DNA of 64,000 nt from a virus. Lineage: Duplodnaviria; Caudoviricetes. The stretch lies in the IMG/VR virus record IMGVR_UViG_3300026549_000029, positions 223,869 through 287,868 of that record; one strand, written 5' to 3'. Both the position numbers and the translations under genes were made by a program. How positions within the stretch are numbered: position 1 is the first letter of the stretch; every line of letters starts with the position of its first letter. Positions 32,609 through 43,512 of this stretch are shown piece by piece. The notes under the pieces are model-generated. The model had not been told where the DNA came from. It saw only the letters and a program-made list of their open reading frames with translations, and made no database searches.

Positions 32609-33679
32609 ATGATTACTGATGTCCAATATATGCAATTAGTAAATGAATATTATGATTTATCTGACTATAAGACAAAGAAAGAAATATTATTTTGCAATGA
32701 AGCTAAAAAGATGGCTAATGTAGAACATATTGTTGGAAAACTTTATGAACACATTAAAGCTAATTATGTAGGAATCGACTTTGGTACTATTCCTAAGTCT
32801 AGAGGAGTTATTACTAAAGTAGAGAATTTCCAACAGATAGTTGATTGCCTTAATATTATTAGAGACTTAATTGTAGAATATAATGAAGATCCTAAACAAG
32901 TTACTGTACTTTATAATGTAATAGATAATATTCAAAAGAGGGAAAGAACTTTTGCCAAAGCATTTGCTCTTAATATTGAATTACCTATTATGCTGTATAA
33001 TATGGGAGTAATGTCTGTTGTAGCAGGAACCTCATTATTGATTACATCAAGTATTGAATATATTAAGAATGGTCATGATTCTTTCTCTATGAGCTTTGAT
33101 AAAGTTTCTTATAATAAATCTCAGAATCATGTTTTATATCAATATGCTGAGCAGTTCAATAATGAATGTAGAAATGGTAATATTGATAAACTCTGTAATG
33201 AATGTATTAAGAATAATTTATCCAGTGTAAAAGAGTCAGTTGATAATGGAGATCTTGATAGTTTAAATGAAACTCCATTTGCCATACTTGCAGGACTTCC
33301 TTTATTTATAAAAGTCATTCTTGGAGCTGGACTTGCATTTGGTTCTATTAAAGCAATATTTGGGTTCTTAAGAAGAGCAATTTATTGGGTTCTTCGCATG
33401 GGAATGAGTATATCTGATTATTTTGCTATTCAAGCTGAATTTTTAAGAATTAATGCAGAGAATCTTAAGTATAGAGATGATGATCGAGGAGATGATCATA
33501 AAAAAGTTGTATATCAAAGACAAATGAAAATTGTAGAAACTCTAAAGAAGTTATCTAATTTCTTTGCTCTTAAAGATACAAAAGCTCAAAGAGATTCTGA
33601 AAAAGATGATGATGAATATAAAAAGAAGAGAAGAAAAGAAGATGATGACTCTTCTGATAATGATGGTGGTTTATTCTAA
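32609..33679 (+). CDS. Probable virion structural protein with a hydrophobic segment
   Basis: 356 aa, AGGAGG RBS; the hydrophobic helix follows an LNE site. Confidence 0.6.
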   Translation: MITDVQYMQLVNEYYDLSDYKTKKEILFCNEAKKMANVEHIVGKLYEHIKANYVGIDFGTIPKSRGVITKVENFQQIVDCLNIIRDLIVEYNEDPKQVTVLYNVIDNIQKRERTFAKAFALNIELPIMLYNMGVMSVVAGTSLLITSSIEYIKNGHDSFSMSFDKVSYNKSQNHVLYQYAEQFNNECRNGNIDKLCNECIKNNLSSVKESVDNGDLDSLNETPFAILAGLPLFIKVILGAGLAFGSIKAIFGFLRRAIYWVLRMGMSISDYFAIQAEFLRINAENLKYRDDDRGDDHKKVVYQRQMKIVETLKKLSNFFALKDTKAQRDSEKDDDEYKKKRRKEDDDSSDNDGGLF

Positions 33680-33820
33680 TATATAATTATATGATATATC
33701 AAAATGAGCTCGTATATCATATATAATATATAGATAAATCGATGATATTATAATTATTGAACTTAATTATAATATAAGAAAGGAGTTGTATCCTCTTATA
33801 TAGGATATAATTTATAGACT

Positions 33821-34435
33821 ATGGTTAACTTTAAAGATTATATGGAATCTTTACATGAAGATTTCGAGCATACTAATAATAGTAAAGAATTTGGTGAAGT
33901 AACCCCATCTAGCAAAAAAGAAAATAATGATCTTGGAGAAGATAATAATATCCAAGAAGCTAATGAATTTGGTGAGGATAAACTTGATCAACCCGATAGT
34001 GAAGGTTTAGATGCAGCAGCAGCTGCGGCTAATAGTTTCACAAATGCTTCAGATGGTGAAGATACTGATGTTAATATGATTTTTAATAAAGCTCTTACAA
34101 GTGAAGATTTTGATAATGTGGAGGAAGATACTGATATGAGCAAGTATTTTACTGAGGCTACTGAGCCTGAAAGTACAAATATTCCTGATCTGCCTGAAAA
34201 TGTAAGAAAGAATCTGAGAGAAGCTGCTGAATATATTCTTGCAGTTCTTGATGAAGAATATGCTCCTAATGGCGAAGATTCTGATGATCATATTGATTTT
34301 GATGGAGTTGATCAGAATACTGTTCCTGCATATCCTGAAGAGGATGAGCAGTTCTCTAATGTGGATGGACTGTCTGACAAATTTGTTGATAATGATATTG
34401 AAGAGAGCTTCAGTAATTGGGATGATCTCTTTTAA
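33821..34435 (+). CDS. Highly acidic protein (possible head scaffold / internal protein)
   Basis: 204 aa, very D/E-rich, repeated hydrophobic-x-E motifs. Confidence 0.55.
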   Translation: MVNFKDYMESLHEDFEHTNNSKEFGEVTPSSKKENNDLGEDNNIQEANEFGEDKLDQPDSEGLDAAAAAANSFTNASDGEDTDVNMIFNKALTSEDFDNVEEDTDMSKYFTEATEPESTNIPDLPENVRKNLREAAEYILAVLDEEYAPNGEDSDDHIDFDGVDQNTVPAYPEEDEQFSNVDGLSDKFVDNDIEESFSNWDDLF

Positions 34436-34527
34436 TATATTAAAATTCTTATAATCTTAAAAAGTATACTATATTTTAACGTTAAAATTTACTTTTTATT
34501 AAACTAGTAAAGGAGTATTATAATACT

Positions 34528-35619
34528 ATGATTACTGTTATCGATCAGCCTACACTGAATCTGTATGAAGGTATGAGCATTTCTGAAGCTCTTGATAACA
34601 TGGTTATCGGAGTTTATGAAGCTTGTAATGAATTTACAATGGATTGTCTTTTGACTGAACATGCTTATCTTTATGAGAATGCTACTGAAATTACTTATGT
34701 GAATGAAGATGGCTCTGAGAATTCTAATGGTGCATCTCTTAAGGAGAAATTCTTTGCTGCTGTTGATAAAGTTAGGACCATGTTCAGTGAGCTTTTTAAG
34801 AAGATCATTGATTTTATTGCAGAGCATACTGAAGGTATTAGACGTAAGATGGCATCTATTGGTCTTACTGAGAAGAAGGTTAATTCTGCAATTGATTATA
34901 TTAAGGCCAATAATGTAGAATTTGCAGTAGAGACTGGTGGTTGGGCTACTAAGGGAAAGATTGAAGGGTATATTAATGCAGGAATTGGTAGCTTTATCAA
35001 AGATTCCGATGCAGATCATCCTTCATTTGGACCTGGTGCTTATCTTGGAAAGGTTTCTGAAGAGATTAAGCAGACTTCTACTAGAAAGAATATTGAAGTT
35101 AGAGAGATTACTGATGCTGTAGAAGTTGTTCTTAAGACTACTCTTCTTAATGATATTAAGAAAGCTAGAAAAGAAGCAGATGATGCTCTTAATAGCCTGA
35201 AGAAGGATATTAAGTCTGATCGTGGTGCTGAGAACTTTGGTGAGAGACTTGGTAGAGCAAATGATGCTCTTAAGAGTAATGCTAACCTGGTTAAGGATTT
35301 GATTAAGATCTTTAATAAGTTCTATCTTGCTAATGCAGCTATTCTTTCTAAGCTTATTAAGGTTGCTGGATCTGATAAGTTTGAAAAGAAAGTTGAGCCT
35401 ATTAAGACTAAGGCTGGTGAAGTCAAGGCTAAAGCTGGTGAGAAGGCTGAAGGTATTAAGACTGGTGCTAAGACTGCAGCTGGTAATGTGAAAGATGCTG
35501 CTGGAAGAGCTGCTGGTGGTGTTAAGCAGGCAGCTAAGACTGGTGCTGGAAATATTAGAGGTGCTCTTGACAAGCTTCATAATAAGGTCAATCCTAAAGA
35601 GAAGGTCTATAATCTTTAA
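34528..35619 (+). CDS. Probable abundant internal head protein
   Basis: 363 aa, AAGGAG RBS, biased codon usage (aag, ctg), acidic N-terminus and Lys/Ala/Gly C-terminal repeats. Confidence 0.6.
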   Translation: MITVIDQPTLNLYEGMSISEALDNMVIGVYEACNEFTMDCLLTEHAYLYENATEITYVNEDGSENSNGASLKEKFFAAVDKVRTMFSELFKKIIDFIAEHTEGIRRKMASIGLTEKKVNSAIDYIKANNVEFAVETGGWATKGKIEGYINAGIGSFIKDSDADHPSFGPGAYLGKVSEEIKQTSTRKNIEVREITDAVEVVLKTTLLNDIKKARKEADDALNSLKKDIKSDRGAENFGERLGRANDALKSNANLVKDLIKIFNKFYLANAAILSKLIKVAGSDKFEKKVEPIKTKAGEVKAKAGEKAEGIKTGAKTAAGNVKDAAGRAAGGVKQAAKTGAGNIRGALDKLHNKVNPKEKVYNL

Positions 35620-35634
35620 TTTTTAATATAATTA

Positions 35635-35669
35635 AACCATAGATAGGAAATTCCTATCTATGGTTTTTA
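35635..35669 (+). terminator. Intrinsic terminator
   Basis: AAACCATAGATAGG-aaatt-CCTATCTATGGTTT then T-run. Confidence 0.75.
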
Positions 35670-35862
35670 TAAATATAATATATAATAGAAGGAATAATTT
35701 TAAAAAATGGCTATATTTAATAAAAAATATACTAAAAGTTTATTAGAAGATTATAGAATAGATAAATTATCTAACAATTACCAGTAGGCTCTTTCCTACT
35801 GGTATATTTTTCTTACTTTTTAACCTTATTATAATAGCTTGCATATATAAAAGGATTTCTCT

Positions 35863-36462
35863 ATGAAAGATATAAATAAATTAAGACCACTATTAGCTAC
35901 TCACCAGAATGTCTTTGAAACAGATAAACTTTCTTTTTTAAATAGAATTAGATCCGAACATTCTTTTCAATCTGTTCAGGATTGTTTAGAATATCTTAAT
36001 ATTATCATCACAAATAAACCAATAAATCCTGATAATATATTACCTATATATTCTGAATTTGATTATTCTATTCTAAAAATTAATATTATAGATGAAGCTA
36101 TTTGTTCTTTAATTTATGAAACATTTATTTCCATCTCTCGTGATAATGAAGATTTATTAAAATATAATCTTGTACATTTAGAAGAGTTTAGATTTGATCT
36201 TCGACATATTATGGATGAAGGTATATCTTCAGTTAATACATTTTTTAGGCCACTTTTCATGATAATTTCTTTATTAATTTCTTTATATCATAATCATAAC
36301 TTAGAAGTTGATAAAGAAGAAGATTCTAAAAAACAATTAGCTAGAAATTATTATTTAATGATGTATTACTTATATTCTTATTCTCCTATTAAAGATAATT
36401 ATTTTAGAAGTATGCAAAACTTCTATTATGATATACTTTATAAACATGAAAATTGGCTCTAA
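35863..36462 (+). CDS. Hypothetical protein
   Basis: 199-aa ORF. Confidence 0.65.
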   Translation: MKDINKLRPLLATHQNVFETDKLSFLNRIRSEHSFQSVQDCLEYLNIIITNKPINPDNILPIYSEFDYSILKINIIDEAICSLIYETFISISRDNEDLLKYNLVHLEEFRFDLRHIMDEGISSVNTFFRPLFMIISLLISLYHNHNLEVDKEEDSKKQLARNYYLMMYYLYSYSPIKDNYFRSMQNFYYDILYKHENWL

Positions 36463-36474
36463 GAAAGGAGCTTA

Positions 36475-37074
36475 ATGAAAAATCCAGGATTCTTAGTAAA
36501 TGGTACTATAGTAGTATTAAAACCTACTGAAAAAGATATTAAGCATAATGTAATTGCTGTAACAGTAGGAAGATACTCTACAGTAGTTGAAGGATTTCCT
36601 GAATATATAGGTTTACCTATAGTATTACACTCTAATGATGAAAAAGATACTATAGCTTATTTAACTCAGAATGATACAATGGCTTCTTATATATCATTTT
36701 TTGAAGATGAAGTGCTATCTCAGATAGGAATATTAAAAGCTGTTGAATCCAAAGAATGGGTTATTACAAATACTATAAATTATATAAGAGAACATGATTT
36801 ATTAAGTTTATTAAATAAAGGTAATTTAAATAATAAAGTACAAAAGTTAGAATTAACTTTAGAAGAAGCATTAATAGAAAAGAATTATACTAAATTTAAA
36901 TGGTTAATATTCAATACTAATATAGATAGATATACACTTAATGATTGGATTCAAAAGATAATAAACAATAAGGAGTTTTATATTGAGTATTTTAATATTA
37001 AAGAAAAAGATATTAATTATTGTCTAGAGAGATTACAAAAGTCTCTTATAGATTTAGATTTAAGAGGGGCTTAA
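36475..37074 (+). CDS. Hypothetical protein
   Basis: 199-aa ORF, AAGGAG RBS. Confidence 0.7.
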   Translation: MKNPGFLVNGTIVVLKPTEKDIKHNVIAVTVGRYSTVVEGFPEYIGLPIVLHSNDEKDTIAYLTQNDTMASYISFFEDEVLSQIGILKAVESKEWVITNTINYIREHDLLSLLNKGNLNNKVQKLELTLEEALIEKNYTKFKWLIFNTNIDRYTLNDWIQKIINNKEFYIEYFNIKEKDINYCLERLQKSLIDLDLRGA

Positions 37075-37150
37075 TTTATTAAGTTATTTGTATTTTAAAT
37101 CCTAGGATAGGAGTTTAATATCCTATCCTTTTCTTTTAAGGAGAAATAAT

Positions 37151-39288
37151 ATGAATGATTTTGTTTATGAAGAAGAAGTAGGTTTCAGATATTTTGAAGA
37201 TCCTTTAGATGAAATATTTTCAAAATATGATACTGATATTTCTTTAAGAAATTTAAATGAAGTTTCTTATGAAGAGAGAGGGAAGAAAGAAATTCTTTCT
37301 CTTGAATTATTAGATATAGAAAGATATATCAAGGTAAATGAATTAAAACCTATTACTAATCCTACTTTCTTTTCTACAGGTGGAGTTCCTACTTCAGATG
37401 GATTATTAAGTAATGAGATATTTGGTATTACTCAAGCAGATAGAGCTGGTACATTTGCTTATATTAATCTTTATGAATATTTTATTGATCCAAGTTGTTA
37501 TAAATGTTTAATAAAATTAGATAGTAAATTTAATTTTATTATAAAAGGATTAAAAAAATATAAGATAGATGCAGATGGCTCTTTTATAGAAGATCCTGGT
37601 GGAGGAACTGGTATTAAATGGCTTAAAGCTAATTTTGATAAAATTAAATTTAAGAGAACAGAATCAAGATCTAGAGATATGAGAATAAAGTATATAGAGC
37701 ATAACTTTAAAAAGGGGAATTTATTTATTAATAAATGGATAGTAATTCCTCCTTATTATAGAGATGCTAATACTACTAAAAAACATACTGGTGTAGGTCA
37801 GATTAATACTTTATATGTAAATCTCATTACTGCTGCTAATGCATTAAGAGACAATGCAGATTATGGTTTATCTATTGCTGATACTACTTGTGCTAGAATA
37901 CAAGATACTTTAAGAGCTATATATGATTGGTTCTGTGGTAATAATAATGATAGTATTAAAGATCCTGGAACTGGCTTAGGCGGAAAATTTGGTTTAATTA
38001 GAATGAATGCTGGTTATACCAGTGACTATTCCTCCCGTCTTGTTATATCAGCTCCAGAATTAAAGAAAGAAACTATAGATGATTTAATGGTTACATTAGA
38101 TAAATCTGCTATGCCATTAGCTGCAGTATCAGCAGATTTCTATCCATTTATGATTTTCCATATGAGAAAATTCTTTGAAAATGAATTTCTTAATGTAACC
38201 AATTATGAAGTTGTAGATAGTGAAGGAAATGTGCATTATTATAGAATAGATAATGCTATGTTAAGTTTTACTGATGATATATTAAATGATCAGTTAAAGA
38301 AATTTGTTTATTCTCATGATAATAGATTTCTTCCTATAGAAGTTCCTATTAGTGATAAAGATGCTGATCCAAATAAAGTATATTTAATGCAGTTCAAAGG
38401 AAAGAGATTTGCTAATCCTAAAGAAGAAATAGAAACTAATCCTGAACCTATTATAAGAAGACCATTAACATGGGTTGATGTAATTTATGTAGCTGCTGTA
38501 AGATCAGTAGAAGGAAAGACTGTAGCTATTACTAGATTTCCTTATGATAGTTATTTTAATACTATCTATACTGGTATAGAAGTTGCTAGTACTACAGAAA
38601 CTGAACCTATAATTATAGATGGAGAATATTATAGATTTTATCCTAAGATTAGGATGGAAGATATTTTACAAAGTTCTGCTAGTAAATTTATAGATACTAT
38701 GCAGATGAGTAATTTATATTTGAAGGGCCTTGGAGGTAAATTAATTGCCTGTCATACCTTAACTGCTGGAAACTCCTTAGAGCTCTAATTACTAAGTTTA
38801 TATAGGAATATATAAATGGTAAACTGTAATGAGTTTAGTATAGTAATAATATTAGAGATTGGACAATCAGCAACTAAGCTTCTAGAACAGAAGAAAGCTC
38901 AACGACTAAAGAGTGATGAGTGTAACTCTTGAGGACTCAAGTGAGTTCAAAATGGGTATGCCTATATATTTAATATATAGGAAGATATAGTCTAATCTTT
39001 AGGGAAACTTAAAGAAGTTCATAAAAAAGAACTGTATAGAAGAGAGATAACTTCAACGCCTCTATATGAATAATAATGGATTACGACGGAGATACGATCC
39101 AGGCTAAAGGAAGTTTTATGAAAGAAACAAATGAAGAACTTTCTAAATTTGTAAATCTGAAATCAAACTTTATAGATCTTGGGGTACAGAATATCAGAGT
39201 ATCAGAAAAAGAAGCAGTTCAATCTCTTTATAACTTAACACTTATTCTTTCTACTGATACTAATAAACTTACTCAACCTGAATTTTAA
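37151..39288 (+). CDS. Phage RNA polymerase beta'-like subunit (N-terminal/catalytic part); two exons 37151..38737 and 39079..39288, 598 aa spliced
   Basis: DGLLSNEIFG, YINL, VIPPYYRD, DYSSRLVIS and TRFP motifs; splicing yields LKGLGG|DYDGDT, the DxDGD catalytic motif. Confidence 0.9.
38738..39078 (+). ncRNA. Group I intron (no internal ORF) in the RNAP beta'-like gene
   Basis: 5' exon ends in U (GGAGGT) and pairs with GCCT (P1, U.G wobble). Core elements AACTGCTGGAAA, AATCAGCA, TCAACGACTA and AAGATATAGTCT are present. The intron ends in G, and removal restores GGDYDGD in frame. Confidence 0.92.
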
Positions 39289-39740
39289 TATAATAAAAAA
39301 ATAATATTTTATTAACAATCATATACTATTATATTAAGTATATTTTATATATTATATTTCCGTCTTGTTTATATACTTTCCCAAATAATAAGAAAGGAAA
39401 ATTACCTAATGTGTATTTTTAAAAATATTATGTAGAAATATTTTTAAGATAGCATATATAATATATATTATTATATTTAATATAATAGCTTTGGGTCCTT
39501 AGTTTAAGTGTAAAACTGAAAGAAATAATATCCTGAGTTAATTGATATAATATTGGGGCTAAATACTGAATCTATCACCACCTTCTTGATAGTAAAATAA
39601 AACTCTTGCCATAGAGTTCCTCTATTTTCATCGTTATAGCTGCTCTATTAATATAATTATTATTTCTTTTAATATCTGCTCATCCAGATAGGACCTGCTC
39701 TTTATTATTAACTATTTTATTTAAAAAGGAGAAAATAATT

Positions 39741-40562
39741 ATGGCACTGGGAAGTTCTTATAATTCTAATGGGGGAGGAAATAATAGATCTTATTCTAAT
39801 TCTAATAATCAGAATAATACTCTTTATAATCCTACTTATTATTCTAGACTTTCTATTAGAAACCCTGTTGATAATCTTAGACTTTCTTTTAATTATTGGA
39901 ATGGTACTCTTAGAATGTCTATTTCTGAGGCTGGTACTGCACAAGATGGTAGAAATAATGAATTAGCATATATTCACTTATCACCTACAAAGGCTAGATT
40001 ATTTGCTACATGTGTAGATAGAATTATTACTAATCCTGAAAGTTCTAATATCTTTGGCGTAGATACTGGTACTGGAGAGACTAGAGGAATGATAGCTATT
40101 GGTAGAGATATGGGTAAACCTTATCTTGTTATTGCTAAAGTAAATGCCAATGGTCAGTATGAATCTAATCAAAGATTCAATTTTAATATGAATTATCAGT
40201 ATTTACTTCAGATTAATGATATTTCTAAACTTGGATTTAAGAAAGAGTATGATGATTCTCTTGAACTTAATCAGTTAAAAGATCTTCTTGAAGATTATGC
40301 TAGACATGCTTCTGGTGCAGCTGCTTACTTTTATCATGATATTGGTAGATATGAGGCTGCAAGAAGTTCTAATCTTATTAGAAGAATTGGAGAAAAAGTA
40401 GGAGCTATTGATAAGAATTATAATAGTGGAGGAGGATCTAATAATTCATTCTTCTCCTCTGCTAGTAATGAATACTCTGAACCTTCTTCCAATGGTAATA
40501 AAGCCAATACAGGACGTAATGCATATAAACCTATCACTAATTTGGAAGATGAGCTTGGATAA
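39741..40562 (+). CDS. Hypothetical protein, possibly ssDNA-binding
   Basis: 273 aa, beta-rich core, N/G/S-rich disordered ends and an acidic C-terminal tip (LEDELG). Confidence 0.45.
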   Translation: MALGSSYNSNGGGNNRSYSNSNNQNNTLYNPTYYSRLSIRNPVDNLRLSFNYWNGTLRMSISEAGTAQDGRNNELAYIHLSPTKARLFATCVDRIITNPESSNIFGVDTGTGETRGMIAIGRDMGKPYLVIAKVNANGQYESNQRFNFNMNYQYLLQINDISKLGFKKEYDDSLELNQLKDLLEDYARHASGAAAYFYHDIGRYEAARSSNLIRRIGEKVGAIDKNYNSGGGSNNSFFSSASNEYSEPSSNGNKANTGRNAYKPITNLEDELG

Positions 40563-40571
40563 TAAAAAAAT

Positions 40572-41276
40572 ATGAGTACTACAAATATAAATCTAAGTGG
40601 TAGAATATTATCTACATTAATAGATTTTAATTTTCTTGTAGATACAGATATTGGACTAATTAGATTTATTCGAGAAAAATTCCAAGATAATCGGGCATTC
40701 AAATTAGATGAATTAAATAAGAGTGATAGATTAATTCTATCACTCTTATATTCTCGAACAAATTGGAATCCTTTATCTATCATATCTACAGAAAAAAATC
40801 TACCAGATATAGATGAATTATATAATAGCTTTTTTGAAACTTATAAGAAAGATATTTTATATAGATCTCTTACATATACAAAGATAAATACTTTTATTAC
40901 TATGCTATTTGATAAGGCTAATATAATAGGAGTAAATCCTGGAATATATGTGAAAGATGATTTAGAAGCAGAGGAAATAACTAGATTTTTTGGTATAAAT
41001 AAATTAATAGAGACAGAAGAAAAAAGAACATTAAGTTCTAGAGAAGTATATTATGTAAAAGATTATAAGTTTTTTACAAATCATGAACTTACTGATATTG
41101 TACAGAAGAAAATTTATATATCTCCAAGAGCTTATAATGCTTTATATATAAGAGATAATGTAAATAATCTTACTATGTATAATGAATTTATACCGATTGG
41201 AACAAATTATTCAAGAAAAGAGGAAGAAAATAAAAATGGCAAATCAAGTAGCTCAAGCACCGAGGGTATTAGTTAA
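40572..41276 (+). CDS. Hypothetical protein
   Basis: 234-aa ORF in operon. Confidence 0.7.
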   Translation: MSTTNINLSGRILSTLIDFNFLVDTDIGLIRFIREKFQDNRAFKLDELNKSDRLILSLLYSRTNWNPLSIISTEKNLPDIDELYNSFFETYKKDILYRSLTYTKINTFITMLFDKANIIGVNPGIYVKDDLEAEEITRFFGINKLIETEEKRTLSSREVYYVKDYKFFTNHELTDIVQKKIYISPRAYNALYIRDNVNNLTMYNEFIPIGTNYSRKEEENKNGKSSSSSTEGIS

Positions 41277-43068
41277 CTCTAGTAAGCCTGTTAATAATAT
41301 TGTATCCGGTCAAAAACTTAAAGAGGTTCAATCTGCAGTTTTAAATGATCTTAAAGATGCTATTATTAATTCTATGGGACCTGCTGGATCTAATTCTCTT
41401 ATTCTTAGAGGTTCATCTGATGTAGATATTGTAGCTGAATATTCTAAAGATGGTAATAAGATTATTAAGAGTATTAAGTATCAATATCCTATTGAAATGG
41501 CTATTAAATCTGAAATTGAAAATTCTACTAGATATATAGAGAAGACTGTAGGTGATGGTACATCTTCTGTAGTAGTAATGTCTTCACTTATTTTTGATGC
41601 TTTAAATCAAGCATTTCTTAATGGTGAATTTGGATATGATCCTTATGAAACTATGAGGTTATTTGATAAGTGTATTAGTATTATTAGTGAAAAAATTAGA
41701 GGAAATGGTAGAGCCTGTACATTAGATGATATCTATAATATTGCTTTTATCTCATCTAATGGAAATAAAGAAGTAGCAGAACAGATTCAGCAGATTTATA
41801 AAGAATATGGAATGACTGTATTTATTGATGTTTCTGCTTCTACTAATGAGAATACTTATGTAAAGACTTATAATGGTATTACTATCGAAGCTGGATATTC
41901 TGATCCTGCAATGATCAATAATTTAGAAAGAAATGACTGTAGAATAAGATCTACAGAAGATTATCCTGTTCATATTTATCAATTTGCTGAACCTATTGAT
42001 ACATCTGAGCAGTTAGCTTTGTTTGCTCAAATTATTGAAACTAATGTTATTGGAAGAAGAAATAATAGACAAAAAGAAATTCCTACTGTTATTCTTGCTC
42101 CTCAAATTAGTAGAGATGCTCATGCTTATATGAGAAGAATTATTCAGATTTTACTCTCTTTTGGAGAAGCTGAATATTCTCAGAAACCTCAGTTACTTAT
42201 TGTAACTAATTATGCAGGTTTAGATGAAAATTATGTAGATCATATTTCTAATCTCTGTGGATGTAAACCTATTAAGAAATATATTGATGATAAGATTCAA
42301 AAAGCTGATCAAGAAAGTGGTTTAGCTCCTACACTTAAAACAGTATGTGATTTTTATGGTACAGCTGTAGAAGTAGAAGCTGATGCTAATATTACAAGAT
42401 TTATTGATCCTCAGAAAATGTATGCTAAAGATGTTAATGGAAATATTGTTACTGATGATGAAGGTAATCCTGTATATAGTAAGACTTATACTAATATTAT
42501 AAATTTCTTAGAAGCACAATATAAGTCTAATTCTGAACAGGGTGGTAATATTGGTGTACTTGGTTCTTTAAAGAGACAACTTAATGCTGTTAAAGCCAAT
42601 ATGGTAGAACTCTTTATTGGTGGCATTTCTATTTCTGATAGAGATTCTTTGAGAGATTTAGTAGAAGATGCTGTACTCAATACTAGATCTGCAGCAAAGA
42701 ATGGTGTTGGTTATGGAGCTAATACAATGGGTTATTGTATTACTAGAAATATGCTTGAAGAAAATGACTTTGAAGATATTGATGTTTATAATATGATTAA
42801 GATTATTAATTCTGCATATACTAATACTATTAAAGCTCTTTATCATACAATTTTTAATAGTGATGAAGCTATAGATACTATTATTGATAATATTTATATT
42901 GAAGGGGGTAAGCCTTATAATATTAATACAAGTAATTATGATGGATTAGTACTTACTTCTATTGAATCTGAGCCTATGATTTTAGAAACTATTTCTAAAA
43001 TTGTAACGATTATGTATACTGCTAATCAAGCTATTCTTCAGGCTCCTGCATTGACTTCACATTATTAA
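41236..43068 (+). CDS. Phage-encoded GroEL-like chaperonin
   Basis: SMGPAG, SKDGNKIIK, VGDGTSS, VEDAV..TRSAAKNGVGYGA motifs; start at MANQV after GAGG. Confidence 0.88.
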   Translation: MANQVAQAPRVLVNSSKPVNNIVSGQKLKEVQSAVLNDLKDAIINSMGPAGSNSLILRGSSDVDIVAEYSKDGNKIIKSIKYQYPIEMAIKSEIENSTRYIEKTVGDGTSSVVVMSSLIFDALNQAFLNGEFGYDPYETMRLFDKCISIISEKIRGNGRACTLDDIYNIAFISSNGNKEVAEQIQQIYKEYGMTVFIDVSASTNENTYVKTYNGITIEAGYSDPAMINNLERNDCRIRSTEDYPVHIYQFAEPIDTSEQLALFAQIIETNVIGRRNNRQKEIPTVILAPQISRDAHAYMRRIIQILLSFGEAEYSQKPQLLIVTNYAGLDENYVDHISNLCGCKPIKKYIDDKIQKADQESGLAPTLKTVCDFYGTAVEVEADANITRFIDPQKMYAKDVNGNIVTDDEGNPVYSKTYTNIINFLEAQYKSNSEQGGNIGVLGSLKRQLNAVKANMVELFIGGISISDRDSLRDLVEDAVLNTRSAAKNGVGYGANTMGYCITRNMLEENDFEDIDVYNMIKIINSAYTNTIKALYHTIFNSDEAIDTIIDNIYIEGGKPYNINTSNYDGLVLTSIESEPMILETISKIVTIMYTANQAILQAPALTSHY

Positions 43069-43131
43069 TATTTTTGATTTTATGGAGAAGGGAATATATT
43101 TCCCTTCTCCATAGAAGAAAGAAGGTTTTTT

Positions 43132-43512
43132 ATGTTTAATTATGATCCCAGAATTGATTATACTAATTATCAGATGAGAAGATGTGGACAATCTTGGCAA
43201 TATTGTGATGGTAAGTGTGATAAATGTAATATTCATAACTATACTACTTCTAACCATACTACATTAATCCCCGGTAGTAGTACTACAACTAACCATATAG
43301 AATTTTATCATACAAAGAATTATGATTATACTGTAGATTATACTCATAGAGATACTCTTACTATACCTGAAACTACAGTGGTTAATTCTAGTAGTAAATC
43401 TAGAGATTATAGTAGTAATGTATTACTTGGTATTGATCATGATACATATTGCCAGATGGTTGGTCCTTGGTCTTATTATAGAACAATGTACGGCTGGATC
43501 AGTAATATATGA
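43132..43512 (+). CDS. Hypothetical protein with N-terminal Cys cluster
   Basis: 126 aa; C..SWQYCDGKCDKC. Confidence 0.6.
   Translation: MFNYDPRIDYTNYQMRRCGQSWQYCDGKCDKCNIHNYTTSNHTTLIPGSSTTTNHIEFYHTKNYDYTVDYTHRDTLTIPETTVVNSSSKSRDYSSNVLLGIDHDTYCQMVGPWSYYRTMYGWISNI

Noticed and set aside
39076-39288. Independent 70-aa gene
   Set aside because: It is exon 2 of the RNAP beta'-like gene; its ATG is the last three intron bases.
39490-39585. tRNA-like start GGGTCCTTAGTTTAAGTGTAAAAC in the intergenic gap
   Set aside because: No matching acceptor strand or T-arm could be found; at most a degenerate remnant.
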